From Eledone cirrhosa (Eukaryota): a stretch of 64,000 nt of DNA. The DNA lies in contig OZ024744.1 of NCBI GenBank assembly GCA_964016885.1, positions 90,892,001 to 90,956,000 on the forward strand. The letters run 5' to 3'. Below the pieces are notes generated by a model. The model worked only from the letters and a program-made list of their open reading frames with translations, was not told where the DNA came from and did not search any database. Below, piece by piece: positions 12,425-25,732 of the stretch; within the stretch, counting starts at the first letter, position 1; every line of letters starts with the position of its first letter. Position numbers and translations under genes: made by a program.

Positions 12425-15222
12425 TTCCTTGTACGACAACTACAAGAGAAGTACCTAGCTAAAAGTAAACCCCTATACTTAGCTTTTGTCGACTTGGAGA
12501 AAGCTTTTGACAGAGTCCCCCGCTCCATTATCTGGTGGGCTCTTAGAAAAGTAGGTGTTGATGAATGGCTTGTGAGAGCTATACAAGCCATGTGTAAAGA
12601 AACAGTCAGCAAGGTTAGAATTAACAACAAATATAGTGAAGAGTTTAGCGTAAAAGTTGGTGTTCATCAGGGCTCCGTTCTTAGCCCCCTACTATTTATT
12701 ATTGCCCTTCAGGCTATAACAGTGGAGTTCAAGACCGGCTGCCCATGGGGACTCCTATACGCAGATGATCTAACGCTCATAGCTGAATCAATGGCTGAAC
12801 TAGAGGAGAAATTCCAAACATGGAAGCATGGCCTAGAATCAAAAGGCCTTAAAATTAACCTGTCTAAGACTAAAGTTCTAGTTTGTAGGAAGGAAAATAG
12901 GGCACCGGTCCCATCCGGGAAATGGCCATGCTCAATGTGTAGGAAAGGAGTAGGTAGAAACTCCATTTTATGTCCCAAATGCAAAGTATGGGTGCATAAA
13001 AGATGTAGGGGGATCACAGGTAAGCTAACTAAGAACATAGATTTTATATGTGGCCGGTGCTCTGGTGCAATAAGTAGCAGCAAGTGCCCACAGAATACTA
13101 GCCCATTCCATTGCACAGATGGTTCTATAGAAATAGTGGAAAACAGAACCCAGATCCCCTCAGGGAAATGGCCTTGCTCAGTATGTAGGAAAGGTGTAGG
13201 TAGGAACTCCATTCTCTGCCCCAAATACAAACAATGGGTACACAAGAGATGTAGCGGGATCTCAGGAAGCTTAATTAAGAATGTAGGATTCACATGCAGC
13301 AGCTGTGCTGATACAGCAAGCAGCAAACAGCCACAGGAAACAAGTACCACCAATCTCTGGGAGGGCCCTGTAGAAACAGTAGACAGCTTCTTCTACCTAG
13401 GTGACCGAATTAGCAGCGAAGGTGGGTGTTCAGAAAGTACAATAACTAGGGTAAGAACGGGTTGGAAGAAGTTTAGGGAACTACTACCACTGCTAGCTGC
13501 AAAAGGCTTCTCCCTCAGAATGAAAGGCAGACTGTATGATGCGTGTATCCGAACAGCGATGTTGCATGGTAGTGAGACCTGGGCGCTGAAGGTGGAAGAC
13601 TTACGTAGATTAGAGAGAAACGAAGCCTGCATGCTCCGATGGATGTGTAACAGTAATATACGTGAACGACAAAGCATAAATGAATTGAGAGAGAGACTGA
13701 GCATAAGAGGAATCAAATGCTGTGTGCAGGAGAGGCGGTTGCGCTGGTATGGACATGTGATGCGTATGAAGGATGACAGCTGCATAAAAAGGTGCAGAGC
13801 ACTAGAAGTTGATGGAAACTGCCGAGTGGGGAGACCCAAGATGACCTGGGATGAGGTGATAAAAGCCGACCTTACTCAATTGCACCTCTCAAAGACAATG
13901 ACACACGACCGTGACTTCTGGCGTCACGCAGTAATACAGAGTACCCGACCTCCCATGGGTACAAGCTGAAGCATATAGACAATATGCCCCCACCGCAAGG
14001 AGGTCGTGGAGGTGCCACGGCAAAAAAGCACCCAGCCCACACTGTAATGTGGACGTGTAGGCGCCACGAAAAAGCACCCAGCACTCACTGTAAATGAGGT
14101 TGGTGTTAGGAAGGGCATCCAGCTGTAGAAATCAAGCCAAATCAGTTCCTGTATGAGCAAGGCATGGTCAGCCGACCAGACACTGCCCACAACAGGACAA
14201 CTCGTCTAACCCATACTAGCGTGGAAGAACGGACGTAAAACGGTGATGATGATGAGTGGACACCTTCCGTTACTTGGGTGACAAAATCAACAGTGGGGGA
14301 GGGTGCTCTGAAAGTACAGTAGCTAGAGTCAGAACTGGATGGAAAAAGTTCAGAGAGCTTATACCACTATTAGCCGCTAAAGGGTTTGCTCTAAAAATGA
14401 AAGGCAGGCTGTATGATGCCTGCATATGAACAGCAATGTTACATGGCAGTGAGACCTGGGCATTGTGTGCAGAGGATATACGCAGACTGGAGAGGAACGA
14501 AGCTTGCATGCTCTGCTGGATGTGTAATAGCAATATACGTGAACGGCAAAGCATAAACGAACTAAGGGAAAAATTAGAAATAAGAGGGATCAGATGTTGT
14601 TTACTCGAGAGAAGGCTACGTTGGTATGGTCACGTGATGCGCATGAAAGACGACAGCTGTATAAAAAAGTGCAGGGCAATAAAAATAGACGGTAGTCACG
14701 GAATAGGCAGACCCAGAAAAACCAGGGACGACTTGATAAATTCCGACCTCACACACTTACACCTCTCCAAGACAATGTCACTGGACCGAGATCTTTGGCG
14801 CTACAGAGTAATACAGAAGACCCGCCTTACCTAAGTACAAAGTGAAACCTACTACAGTCAGTAGGCACCTCTAACAAAAATACACACCCGTCCCACTACC
14901 CCCACCCCATCCACACCACCCCTTTCAATGTAAAGTTATGTTGGTACCACAACATCCAGTCCGAAACAAATGAGGTTGTGTAGGTGTCACGACAAAAAAA
15001 CACAGTCCATGCTGTAATGTGGCCATGTAGGTAACACGGTAAAAACCTCCCAGTCCACACTGTAAACGTGGTTGGTGTTAGGAAGGGCATCCAGCCATAG
15101 AAAACCCGCCAGACAGTCCTATGCAAGTAAGACAACCACTCTTGCCTCAAGTGGGAAAACTCCCGTCCAAACCCATGCAAGCGTGGAAGATGGACATTAA
15201 ACGATGATGATGATGATGATGA
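12425..15222 (+). mobile_element. 5'-truncated RTE LINE (lineage A) interrupted by a nested RTE
   Basis: RT motifs AFVDLEKAFDRV, GVHQGSVLSPLLF and LLYADD. The sequence resumes at 14255 with the C-terminus (ORF 14436-14834), the 3' UTR and a (GAT)n tail. Confidence 0.9.
13141..14254 (+). mobile_element. Nested 5'-truncated RTE LINE (lineage B), inserted in frame
   Basis: Nearly identical to 59172-60290; flanked by AGTGGA at 13135-13140 and 14255-14260. Confidence 0.85.
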
Positions 15223-15337
15223 TATATATACATATATAGAGCTGAGTTTGGCCGGGTTGTTAACTAAAAGTAGGTGGTTTTAGAGAGAATTAATGTTCAA
15301 AGAGTTGGCTCAATCCTTAGCTCTTGAAATATCCTGT

Positions 15338-15628
15338 AATTCTTCCTGTCGTGTCCACAAGAGTGTCTGTCACAAAACTTGGCTAGATGTGGTTCCACCA
15401 CAGATGAACATATTGGTGTCCTTCTCATTAAACTCTGCCAAGTCCAATGCTGTGCAGGGGTGTTCCAGCAGGGGTGTTTCAGCAGGGGGGTATATCAGGA
15501 GGTGGTTCGATGCTAGTCACACACAACGTCCCCATCCTTTAAATATCCCCATTTTGCATGAGTGACTTTTGCATGCCCAACACCGGATCTTAGTCTATTT
15601 AGGCATTTCCACACTGCATAGTTTGTAT
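15338..15628 (-). mobile_element. 3' end of an Ingi/Vingi-like (I-group) non-LTR retrotransposon, degenerate
   Basis: Minus translation WKCLNRLRSGVGHAKVTHAKWGYLKDGDVVCD*..HLL..P..PC..LDL matches the LNRLRTG..KW..CDCG..H..CP C-terminal motif of these LINEs. Clade assignment is from memory. Confidence 0.55.
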
Positions 15629-16741
15629 CTGTAAAGATTTAGCTAAAAATATCTAAAAAGCACATTTGTTAATTCAGATGTTTATAGTACCTTTACCAGT
15701 GTACCAATCATTGTGAAAAATTGCAATAAACTAAAGTAATGACATTAGTTTTTAATGTAATGCAGTCATATTGCTGATTTGAACTTTTCAGGGATGACTT
15801 GCTTATACAGTTAGTATCTTTAGAATTGGCAAATTGTTATGAATATTAGCGATATTAAAATGATGACTTTAATTTTTAATGTGATGCAGTCATAGCGTTG
15901 TTTTGTACTTTTAAAGACAGTTTTGCTAATGTGGTTCTGTGTGGTATAGGGCATTAAGAATTAAATCATCTTTAGAATGATGAAAGGAAAATTCCAATTT
16001 ATTATTACCAACTACTTCAAATCCACAGTCAGCTCGAGATTATAATGGTTTTAATTATCCCTATTTAATCCTTTAGTATTCACATTACTCTATATATACT
16101 ATTATATTTTCAGGGTAAAGGCTTTACCTCGCATAATTATCTCACATAATATCGAATCTATGAGATTTTGAAAGTATTTATTTTGAGAACAATACCTTAA
16201 CATCAGTTTGAGCAACCGGTTACAGCCAGTTTTAACAGAAAGAGGTAGAGAATTCTGGCCGGTTTTGGCCGGTTTGAACATTAAAGGATTAAAGGAACTC
16301 CTATCACTGAAACATGCAAGTAACTACTTATGAGATGCAGTTACAAAAGACACCAGTGACTATGAGTTATATAACAACTCTTTTTAGGATTGGTACAAGG
16401 CAACCATCTTGGGAGAAAGGGAAAATCAATTTATATTGACTCTAATAGTTAACTGGTTACTTATTTTATTGATACCAGAAAAATGAAAGGCAAAGTTGAT
16501 CTCTGTGGGATTTGGACTGAGAATACAAATAGTTGTAACTAACTACTTCAAAGCATTTTGACCAACAACACTCTAACGATACTGGCAATCCCCCTACCCA
16601 TATAGCAATAACAACAATCACAAAAATAACTACAAGATGATGATGGCCAGGGATAAAGTATTAAGTATTAGTTCAACACTTTTAACCACTCAACTACTGT
16701 ACTACCTAAAATGTAAAAAAAAAATATATACTACAATATAC

Positions 16742-16868
16742 CATTCACTCCGAATTCTTTGCAGATTCCATCAACCAGGTCTTTTGCTTTGTAACCATTC
16801 TTCACAGGCAGATCAAACTCCAAGGCCGTTTTCATAGGTTGATTGTTTATCATACGAATATATGGTTC
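16742..16868 (-). CDS. Internal coding exon of the same host gene
   Basis: Acceptor TATTTTTTCTAG and donor G|GTATAT. 127 nt, open: EPYIRMINNQPMKTALEFDLPVKNGYKAKDLVDGICKEFGVN plus a final G that completes GAC (Asp) with exon 5969-6159. Confidence 0.75.
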
Positions 16869-17156
16869 CTAGAAAAAATAAATTATACAAAGAGTGATTT
16901 AGCAATCAAGTCATTGAAAACAGATGAGGGTTTATTTAACTGGGAGATATTAACTTAAAAAACATTGACAATCATCAAAATATTTACATGTCATATAAAC
17001 GTGTTTAGAAACAACCAAGGAAATTTAATATCTAGGAGAAAACCCAAAGCTTCATTGAATTTTTTTTTACTATAGAAAAATAATCTAAATAATAGGACTT
17101 ATAAGCCCACCTAGTGAAACCCTATAATAATTGATGATGTGCTCTGCTAGAAGACA

Positions 17157-18016
17157 CAAGAGGGTCAACTGAAAATATCCTGGTCTTACTATGAAGGAAT
17201 GATTGCTAGAGCTGTGAAATCTTGCATGCATTAATTTCAACTCTTCTTATTAATAACTGATGATGATGATAATGGCGGCGCTGGTGATGGTGGTGGTGGT
17301 GATGATGGTGGTGGTGATGATGATGGTGATGGTGATGGTGATGGTGGTGGTGATGATGATGATGATGATAATTACTATTTCTGATTTAGGTGCAAGGCCA
17401 ACAATTTTGTGAGAAGGGAAAGTAAATTAAATCAATCCCAGTTCATTACTGGTACTTTATTTTATTGACCCTGTAAGGATGAAAGACAAAGCTAACTTCA
17501 GCAGGATTTCAACTAAAAATGTAGATGACCATAACAAAACGTTGTCAGACATTCTACCGCCAATCCACTGCCCCAGGAGGCTCATCGGGCCAGTGCTTAA
17601 CCTGGTTTCTGTGACATTAAGTGACTGAGAATAGAAGACTTCTCCTCCCTGGACTCCCCCAGTCATCGCCCCACCCCTTTTACTAGAACTCATTTTCAGC
17701 TGAGTATACTGGAGCAACGTGAAATAAAGTGTTTTGCTTAAGAACACAACATACAATCCAGTCCAGAAATCAAACCCATGGGGTTGTTGGGCCGAGAGTT
17801 CATAGGCTAACTATGAAGGTGTGATGCTAGAGCTGTGAAATTTCGCATGTATCAATTTCAACTCTTCTTATAAACTGTGTATTTCAAGAGACTATGTTGA
17901 AAAATAAACCTCATTTGGTCATTCCATGAGAGTATCTTGGTCATTCCATGAGAGTATTTTGGTCATTCCATGAGAGTATCTTGGTCAGGCTATGAGCTTT
18001 TCAGTTGAACCTCGTA
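17157..18016. mobile_element. Old mariner-type non-autonomous remnant with nested SINEs and a 22-bp tandem repeat
   Basis: Ends GAGGGTCAACTGAAAA / TTTTCAGTTGAACCTCGTA; duplicated 60-bp block at 17189-17250 and 17811-17869; (TTGGTCATTCCATGAGAGTATC)x3 at 17915-17987. Confidence 0.5.
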
Positions 18017-18545
18017 TGTTCCAGCTCATCACAGGATATACTACAGCTATCTTCACAGTAAATGTTCCAGCTCTTTTTGTTCTGATTTCAAATACCACAT
18101 CATGTCCAACACACATTTGTTCAATTGAGACAAGGTATTCTCAGGTGTTGGATAATAATCCCTACCTCTGCTTACTAATTTTCAGACGGCCACCTGCAAA
18201 TTAAATTTTGCTAATCTATCTCAGGCGAAATTACGTTTTCTAGAAATCTTATATGTTATAAAATAAATAGGATTCAGTTTTTTTTGTTTTTAAATCAATA
18301 GAGACAACCTAGAAAAATTACCTATTTTACAACAACCCCCTCTCGCTTATTCCCCCCCCCCTATTATTTGGGGCGGCCCGAGAATAGGTACAAATCCACC
18401 AAAATAGTTACTGGGCTTTCATCCAGCAATGCATAAAAAAAAAATGGGAAAAAAAAAGGATTATGTGGTTACTTGTAGGTCATGTGATACTGAAAGAGAC
18501 TCTAGCCCCAACCCTCCTCACCTCACCCCACTGGCTTATATGTGT

Positions 18546-18577
<32 letters not shown>

Positions 18578-19673
18578 AATGTAGAGTACATATAGCATGC
18601 AAAATCATTTTACTAGCAAGTTGAATGAGGAAATAAAATAAATACCGTGGTGTCAGCAGTTAACGAAATAGGAGAACGCTATTGATTGTACAGCTAGGAA
18701 AAGTTATTGATTAGATATCAGTACTTGAGTGTTTGTCAAATTTAATTAATGCAGAGAAAATAGATTACTGACACCCGAACTGTGATGGAGGAAACATGCA
18801 AAGTTCAATAAATATAATGGTAATTTAAAAAATAAATAAATATAAAAAAAAAATTGGCAGGGTGTGGTAGGGGAATATTACACCTCAAATTAAAAAAAAT
18901 TTTTTTTTTTGTTTCTGTTTTGTTTGTTTGTCTGTCTATTTATTTGATTGTTTTAATAGTTTGGTTGTTTTAGTTTCCAGCACTTTCCAGCATTGCTACT
19001 GAACAACAATGTAATAAGAGAGAGACACGAAAGATGAACAGCTTTCTTTTTTTTTATTGGTTAATGAATGTTTGTTAACTGCGAATGCTAATAATTAATT
19101 GGGTGAGCAAGAATGCATATACATGTCATGTGATATCTGAATAACACATGTTATGTAATATAAGAAAAATAACAATTATATTCATTGACTAAAGTTGCAA
19201 TTTCATACAAACTATTGTTTTTTTTTTTGTTTTTCTTTTCGTTGTTTTTAAAGAGGAAGATTGGAATAAGAAACTGTGATATTCATGTCTTTTTTCTAGG
19301 TTCTAGTTAGTGTTTCATTATCATTGTATTAATTAGTATTTCATTAGCATTGGATTAATTAGTTCTTATATAGTATAGACAAGAATCATGAATTATTTAA
19401 TAGATGGAGAATGAAAAATTGATATATGTGCATTTTTCTGTACCATCTTCATTTAATGCAAGCATTAAATAGTTCACTACTGGTTATATAAAGAGAATGG
19501 TTATCATCATCATCATCATCATCATCATCGTTTAACATCTATTTTCCATGCTAGCATGGGTTAGACAGGTAGTCCCGTTTGACAAGTAGTCCCGCAAGTT
19601 GGGTCAGGTGACCGTGGCTTGATCATACAGCACTGTTTCTGGCTTGGTTTCTACAGTTATATATATATCATCA

Positions 19674-19870
19674 TTATCCAGCGGCCTCAGCCAAAATGAA
19701 CTCAACAATTGATCTCCACGTGGGTCTGTCGTTCATTTCCGTTGCCAATTCCTGGGTTTCAATACCAGAATCTCTGGAGGTGACATCAGCATAGTAGAGC
19801 TTGTGCCTCCTGTTATTAGTGACTGATTGTGGTTTTCTAAAGCACTTTTGGGGACACAGCCTTATAGGTG
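19674..19870 (-). mobile_element. Degenerate 3' end of a divergent RTE-type LINE (compare 54722-55095)
   Basis: Translation YADVTSRDSGIETQELATEMNDRPTWRSIV. Confidence 0.55.
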
Positions 19871-20571
19871 GGTGGCACGCTGGCAGTGACCAGCAAATCT
19901 TATGTACAACGACAGATATGCATGGAAGGCTGCCACATATTTCTCTCAAAGTCAGATGTCGCCAGCTTATGTTCTGAATGTGTTGAAGGCAGGCGAGTGT
20001 AAGTGCCATCAAGGTGCTTTTGTTGTTTGGATGAAAGCGTACGTCCATGTTTCACTTCATGTACATGTGACTGGTGTTAGGAATGGCATCATCCAGCTGT
20101 AAAAATCCCAGCCAAATTTACAGTTTTGTCTGAGCAAGCTACGGTGTGGCCAACTGACCAAACTTGTCTCATGACATGGATGTCCTGTCTAATCCATACA
20201 AGCATGGAAAATGGACGTTAAATGATGATGATGATCATTATATATAACATATATATAATGATCACAATCGGTGAAGGGCGGTGGATTGGCAGTATCGGTA
20301 GAAGTTTGGACGCCATGCTTTGCAGCATAGAGTTTCGGCCCTTTATGATCCGAGTTCAAATCCCGCCGAGGTTAACTTTGCCTTTCATCCTTACGCTGTC
20401 GATAAAATAAAGTACCAGTCACGCACTGGGGTCGATTTAATTGACTTTCCCCTCCCCCAAAATTGCAGGCCTTGTGCCTTAACATATATATTATACAGGG
20501 TGTCCCAAAATAATGTGCTTTCCATCACCAACCATTTTACAGCATGTACTGGGTGCATTTATCGTGTAGAC

Positions 20572-20787
20572 CAGGCATGACAAACATATGGCCCGCGGGC
20601 CGTATGTGGCCCCTTACAAGCACACCTGCGGGCCGCATAAAGGTTTTTACGGCGTGAGCATGTTTTATCCTTGTAATATAAAATTTTAAAATTTAGTTGT
20701 AATGTGCACAATTAGTTGTGTGTGGCCTTCAGACAACACATATGTGACCCATGTTGTCCTCAGGGGACCCTCAGTTTGACATGCCTG
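20572..20787. mobile_element. hAT (Charlie-type) MITE
   Basis: TIRs CAGGCATGACAAAC / GTTTGACATGCCTG with a perfect 8-bp TSD GTGTAGAC (20564-20571, 20788-20795). Confidence 0.85.
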
Positions 20788-21304
20788 GTGTAGACCACCA
20801 GCACAAGAGGGGTTTTATCTCAAAGACTATACATTCCACTGCAAAACTGGAGATAGTTTTGAAATCCATAATGAAAATACTTTCTGTTCCACCAAATTTG
20901 TTTCCTTTGGATATTTCTTCTAGGTTGAAACAGTCTTCTAATTAAACAGTCTTCTAATTAAACAAGTAGTTAGAATAATATTTAAGTGTCTCACATTTGA
21001 AACCACAGTTTTTTCAATACTGTAATACTGATAAAAATATGATTGTACTACTATTATTACTCCTACTGTTGCTAAGGTGACAACTGCCAAAACCACCACC
21101 ACCACACTTAGGACATGACAACCTCTGTAATGCTGGTTCCACAATGCAATGCACCTAGTACGCGCTGTAAAGACATCCAGTCATAGAAACCATGCCAAAT
21201 GTGGTCCCCCAGCCTTTCAAGGAGGGCCAGTAATTTTGAATAAGAAAAGACTTAGCCTGTCTTAAACTGCCCACCCATGCTGGTGTAGAAAAATAATATA
21301 ACAT

Positions 21305-21630
21305 GGAGGCACATGGCTTAGTGGTTAGAGCATTGGCCTTGCAATCGAAAGGTTGTGAGTTCAATTCTCAGACCAGGTGATGTGCTGTTTCCTTGAGCAA
21401 GACACTTTACTCCAGTTTACTCAGCTGTAGAAATGAGATGATAGGGACTGGGGTCCATATCATTACACTGCAAAGTGGTCGTGGAGGTGCCACGGCAAAA
21501 AAAGCACCCAGCACTCACTGTAAATGAGGTTGGTGTTAGGAAGGGCATCCAGCTGTAGAAATCAAGCCAGAATCAGTTCCCATCCCACCCTTGCAAGCAG
21601 GGAAAAAGCGGACGGAAAAATGATGATGAT
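21305..21630 (+). mobile_element. tRNA-CORE-SINE with RTE-derived 3' part (family A)
   Basis: tRNA head, CORE domain, RTE UTR module and RTE tail with (GAT)n. Other copies at 40850-41240(-), 48500-48815(-), 60670-60972(-) and 62281-62620(+). Confidence 0.85.
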
Positions 21631-22149
21631 GAACATAATGTATAATGATAATGATGATGATGATCATCATCATCATCATCATACATTCATTTTCAATGTT
21701 AGCATAGGTTCAACAGGTCGTCATAGTCTGAGACAAGACACTCTCAGATAATCACACCTTGCTCAGTTGTTCAATATTGTGGCATCACACTTGCATGCAG
21801 AGAGAGAGAGGGGGGGGGGGGGTAGACATATTTATTTAATTGGTTATGAGGAGAGTTACCTTTAAAGCATTTTAACGTAGAAAAATGTGATGACTTGCTA
21901 ATTGAGAATCTATCTCTTCTGATACCAAACCATCTGAAACATTTCTTATTTCTATAACACAAAACTATTTGTTTTAAAATGTTTATATATTTATCTAAAA
22001 ACTTCCCATCATAATTTTATGTAAGAAATGTTTGTTATGTTCCAAAGATCAGCTTGAAAACGAGAAAGTTAGTTATATTACTAAATCACAAAAAAGATTC
22101 TTTTATTATTATAAAGTTAGTCAAAGCTTGGTTGATCACACACATTGAT

Positions 22150-22440
22150 ATTGCACATCCATCGGAGCATGATTGCTTCATTTCTCTCTAGCTATCGCAT
22201 ATCCTCCGCATTTACTGCTCATGTCTCGCTACCATGCAACATCGCACATCTTACACAGGCATCACGCAGTAGAGGAGGACCACAAAAAACATGGGTAGAT
22301 GTGGTGAGTGCTGGCCTCAGACTCCTGAAGCTCACAGAGGAGATGACAAAGGACCGTGATAAATGGGGAGATGTTGTGCTGAAGAGGACCCATCCCACCC
22401 TTGCAAGCAAGGAAAAGTGGACATAAGATGATGATGATGA
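22150..22440 (+). mobile_element. Short RTE (lineage C) insertion with 5' inversion
   Basis: 22150-22265 is antisense (DACVRCAMLHGSET). 22266-22440 is the sense C-terminus (KTWVDVV..TKDRDKW) with a (GAT)n tail. Confidence 0.75.
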
Positions 22441-22443
22441 CAA

Positions 22444-22768
22444 TTGAAAAATCATAGACTGTATTTCATTGGGAATAAGATAATGAAAACCATAGACTGT
22501 GTATTTCATTAGGAACAAGGTAATGAAAGTCATAGACTGCGTGTTTCATTGGGAATAAGGTAATGAAAACCATAGATTGTGTATTTCATTGAGAATAAGG
22601 TAAGGAATGTCATAGACTGTGTATTTCATTGTAAATAAGATAATGAAAATCATAGACTGTGTATTACATTGAGAATAAGGTAATGGAAATCATAGACTAC
22701 ATATTTCATTAGAAATATGGTCATTTAAATTATAGACTGTATTACATTGGGAATAAGGTAATGAAAAG
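22444..22768. repeat. 40-bp minisatellite, ~8 copies
   Basis: Unit TAATGAAAACCATAGACTGTGTATTTCATTGGGAATAAGG. Confidence 0.9.
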
Positions 22769-23328
22769 GTTAAACTGGTCTGTGGGAATCCATATGTAAC
22801 AAATTTACAGCTGAAACTAACAGAAATAATAATATAAACAAGAATTTGATGTAAATTAATTTGATTTAGTTACAAATGTCAATTTTGTTTATTTCCAACG
22901 TAAGATTTAAGAAACAGAAAACCAGAATGGGGACTTTCTCTTAAAGAAATAAATGTTCTTGGTTATAAGTTTATTACTTTTGTGTATAATAGGTATAAAA
23001 TATTGTCTGGACACATAGACATATGTATGTATAATATATATCTGTATGTATGTATAGACATATACACTCATGTTGAATCAGTTGTTTGTATATGCATTGA
23101 TGTGAGTGTATGTGCTTACATGTGCATATTATATATATATATATATGTTTATATGTACTTAGATATTTACATTAACACACACACATATATATATGTATAT
23201 ATGTATGTATGTATGTACGTACGTATGCATATATGTATATATGAGAAAAAGTCAACAAAGTATTTAAAAAGATTTTACACACCTCCATTCTTTGAGTGTT
23301 TATGTGTGACTAATACACACACACACAT

Positions 23329-23411
<83 letters not shown>

Positions 23412-23639
23412 CACACACACATGCACACACACATTTTGTCGAAGATATCTGATTCTAAGTTTCTGCATGTGTTGACATTGCATTAACATTCCTCATTGCG
23501 ATATTTTGAGATATTTACATTGGGTTTTTTTTTCTTAGAGTTTTCCATTAATATATCCTGAATGCCATTATACCAAGTTTTCATCATTTCATGACTTGAT
23601 AATGTTCATTCTGATAATCTTCATTCCTTCCTTCAGTAT

Positions 23640-23922
23640 TTGTGCCATTTCTAAAGAGACATGTCATTTCCAAAGAGCTGTGTTTCCAAGAATAGTGTCA
23701 TGCCATTTCCAGTGAGCCATCTCCAAAGTGCCATGACATTTCCAAACTCTCATACCATTTGCAAAGAGCTATATCATTTCTAGAGAGCCATGTCATTTCT
23801 AAAGAGCCATGACATTTCTAGAGAGCCATGCCTTTCCCAAAGTCTCATGCCATTTTCAGCGAGCCATGTTGTTTCCAAAGAACTGTGTCGTGCCATTTCT
23901 AGAGACCAATGCCATTTCCAAA
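23640..23922. repeat. Degenerate ~19-bp minisatellite
   Basis: Repeated CCATGTCATTTCCAAAGAG variants. Confidence 0.75.
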
Positions 23923-24297
23923 ATGTTAGATCTACTAGAAACCTGTTTTGCTATGTTACACACCTCTGGGTTCTCATTATTGAGAACTTCTAAAAGAAGA
24001 ACAATTATTTATTGCATCAAGAAATTTTAGTTGGTTGGAGTTTAATTTTGTATAATTTTTTTTATTCTAGATAATATATTTCTTCATTTGTGTGTTTAAC
24101 CCTTTAGCATTTAAACTGGCCATATCCAGCCAGAATTCTCTCACCTCTTTCTGTTCAAACCAGCTATAACTGGCTGCTCATACTGATGTTAAAGGATTGT
24201 TCTCAAAATAAATACTATCAAAATCTTGTAGATTCGATATTATGTGAGATAATTATGTAAGACAAAGACTTTACCATAAAAATACAATAGTATATTT

Positions 24298-24669
24298 CGT
24301 TTCTGAATTTGTTTAGCAAGATTCTTTATCTGAAATCGTGTGTTGAAACCGATATTGTTATACTTTGGGAGGGTCATGTTGCCAATAAGAAACACACGCA
24401 CCAGTTGCTTTCACTTCAATTTATTATAATAAATTTATAAATTTCTGGTTGGTTGGTTGGTTCCACAACCAGATAGTTGTTTATATATAGTCATAGTTCA
24501 TAGAAGAGGTCACAGAGTGTGTGACGAAAGAACTATGACTATATATAAACAACTATCTGGTTGTGGAACCAACCAACCAACCGGAAATTTATAAATTTAT
24601 TATAATAAATTGAAGTGAAAGCAACTGGTGGGTGTGTTTCTTATTGGCAACATGACCCTCCCAAAGTAT
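24298..24669. mobile_element. Fold-back insertion (~140-bp arms) with a hammerhead-like loop, inside a piggyBac MITE
   Basis: Arms ~24360-24499 and 24530-24669; loop ATAGAAGAG-GTCAC-AGAGTGT-GTGAC-GAAA; 15-bp direct duplication TACAATAGTATATTT at 24283-24297 and 24670-24684. Confidence 0.75.
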
Positions 24670-25699
24670 TACAATAGTATATTTATATATATATAGAGTA
24701 ATGTAAATTATAAAATGCTAAATGTTTTCACTTTCTTACTAATCGTGTTTATGCAATTAAATCTAATCCACCTCATAGTTGAGGCTGACAGGATGGAGAA
24801 GACATTGCCTCAGAGGATGGCAAGGGAGACGTGCTGGAACAGTCACTCCATCTAGCAGGACTGGTAGCTGTGGGCAGCCAATTCCAATCCTATCCGATCC
24901 AATAGCAGTGACCAGGATGTGGTCCGGAGGCCAAGAATGCCAGAAGACTCCACAGCCACAAGCTCAACCATAAACCTACCAGAGAGTGGACAATACTTTG
25001 ACATAACCACTAACATCACCAACAAAGCCAATGGTTGCAACTGGCATGAATTACTTACATATTAGCTCCATTCCAGCTTTTATCTCTTGTATTTAGGCCT
25101 TTTGCCAAATAATTCTTTCTCTCTCTCTCACCTGTATTCTGTAAAGGCTAGTAGTATTCTTCAGGTTTCCATCATTAATCACCACCATCATACATTTTAT
25201 TCTGCCTTCTGACTTTGTCACTTCTAACTATCACAACCCAATGTAGCTTTTTATGCCTTGAAAATCTGATAACATTTTCTATTTAGACTACACCAGGGTG
25301 CAGAGAACTGAAGCAAAGACCAAGATATTTAGTCCAAAACTAACAATTCTGTCAGTTTGCAGCCTTTATATATATATATAAGAGTTCATTTTCCAGTCTC
25401 CTTCTCAACAAGGAAGATGAAAAAAACTTAATTTTAAATCTTTAATTTTTAGTTTTTAATTCTTATTAATTTTCTTTAATTGTAATACTCAACATTTGAT
25501 ACGATGAATTTTACTAATACATCGAAATCGGTTATATCTTATATATTTTATATACATTATAAAACACTTTTTTAAAAGAATTATCCCTCTTAATTTTTCA
25601 ATAATGTCACTTTGACGAATCAAAGAAAGGAGAAAAAAGAAAAACAAACCCTTAAATATATTTTCTGTGCTATTTCCAATCTCACCCTTTCTCTTTCTT

Positions 25700-25732
<33 letters not shown>

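Noticed and set aside
12709-13839. Long antisense ORFs over RTE and transposase copies
   Set aside because: Shadow ORFs of the element coding strand.
21305-21378. tRNA genes (also ~4017, ~62281)
   Set aside because: The cloverleaf is imperfect and continues into a CORE domain; these are SINE heads.
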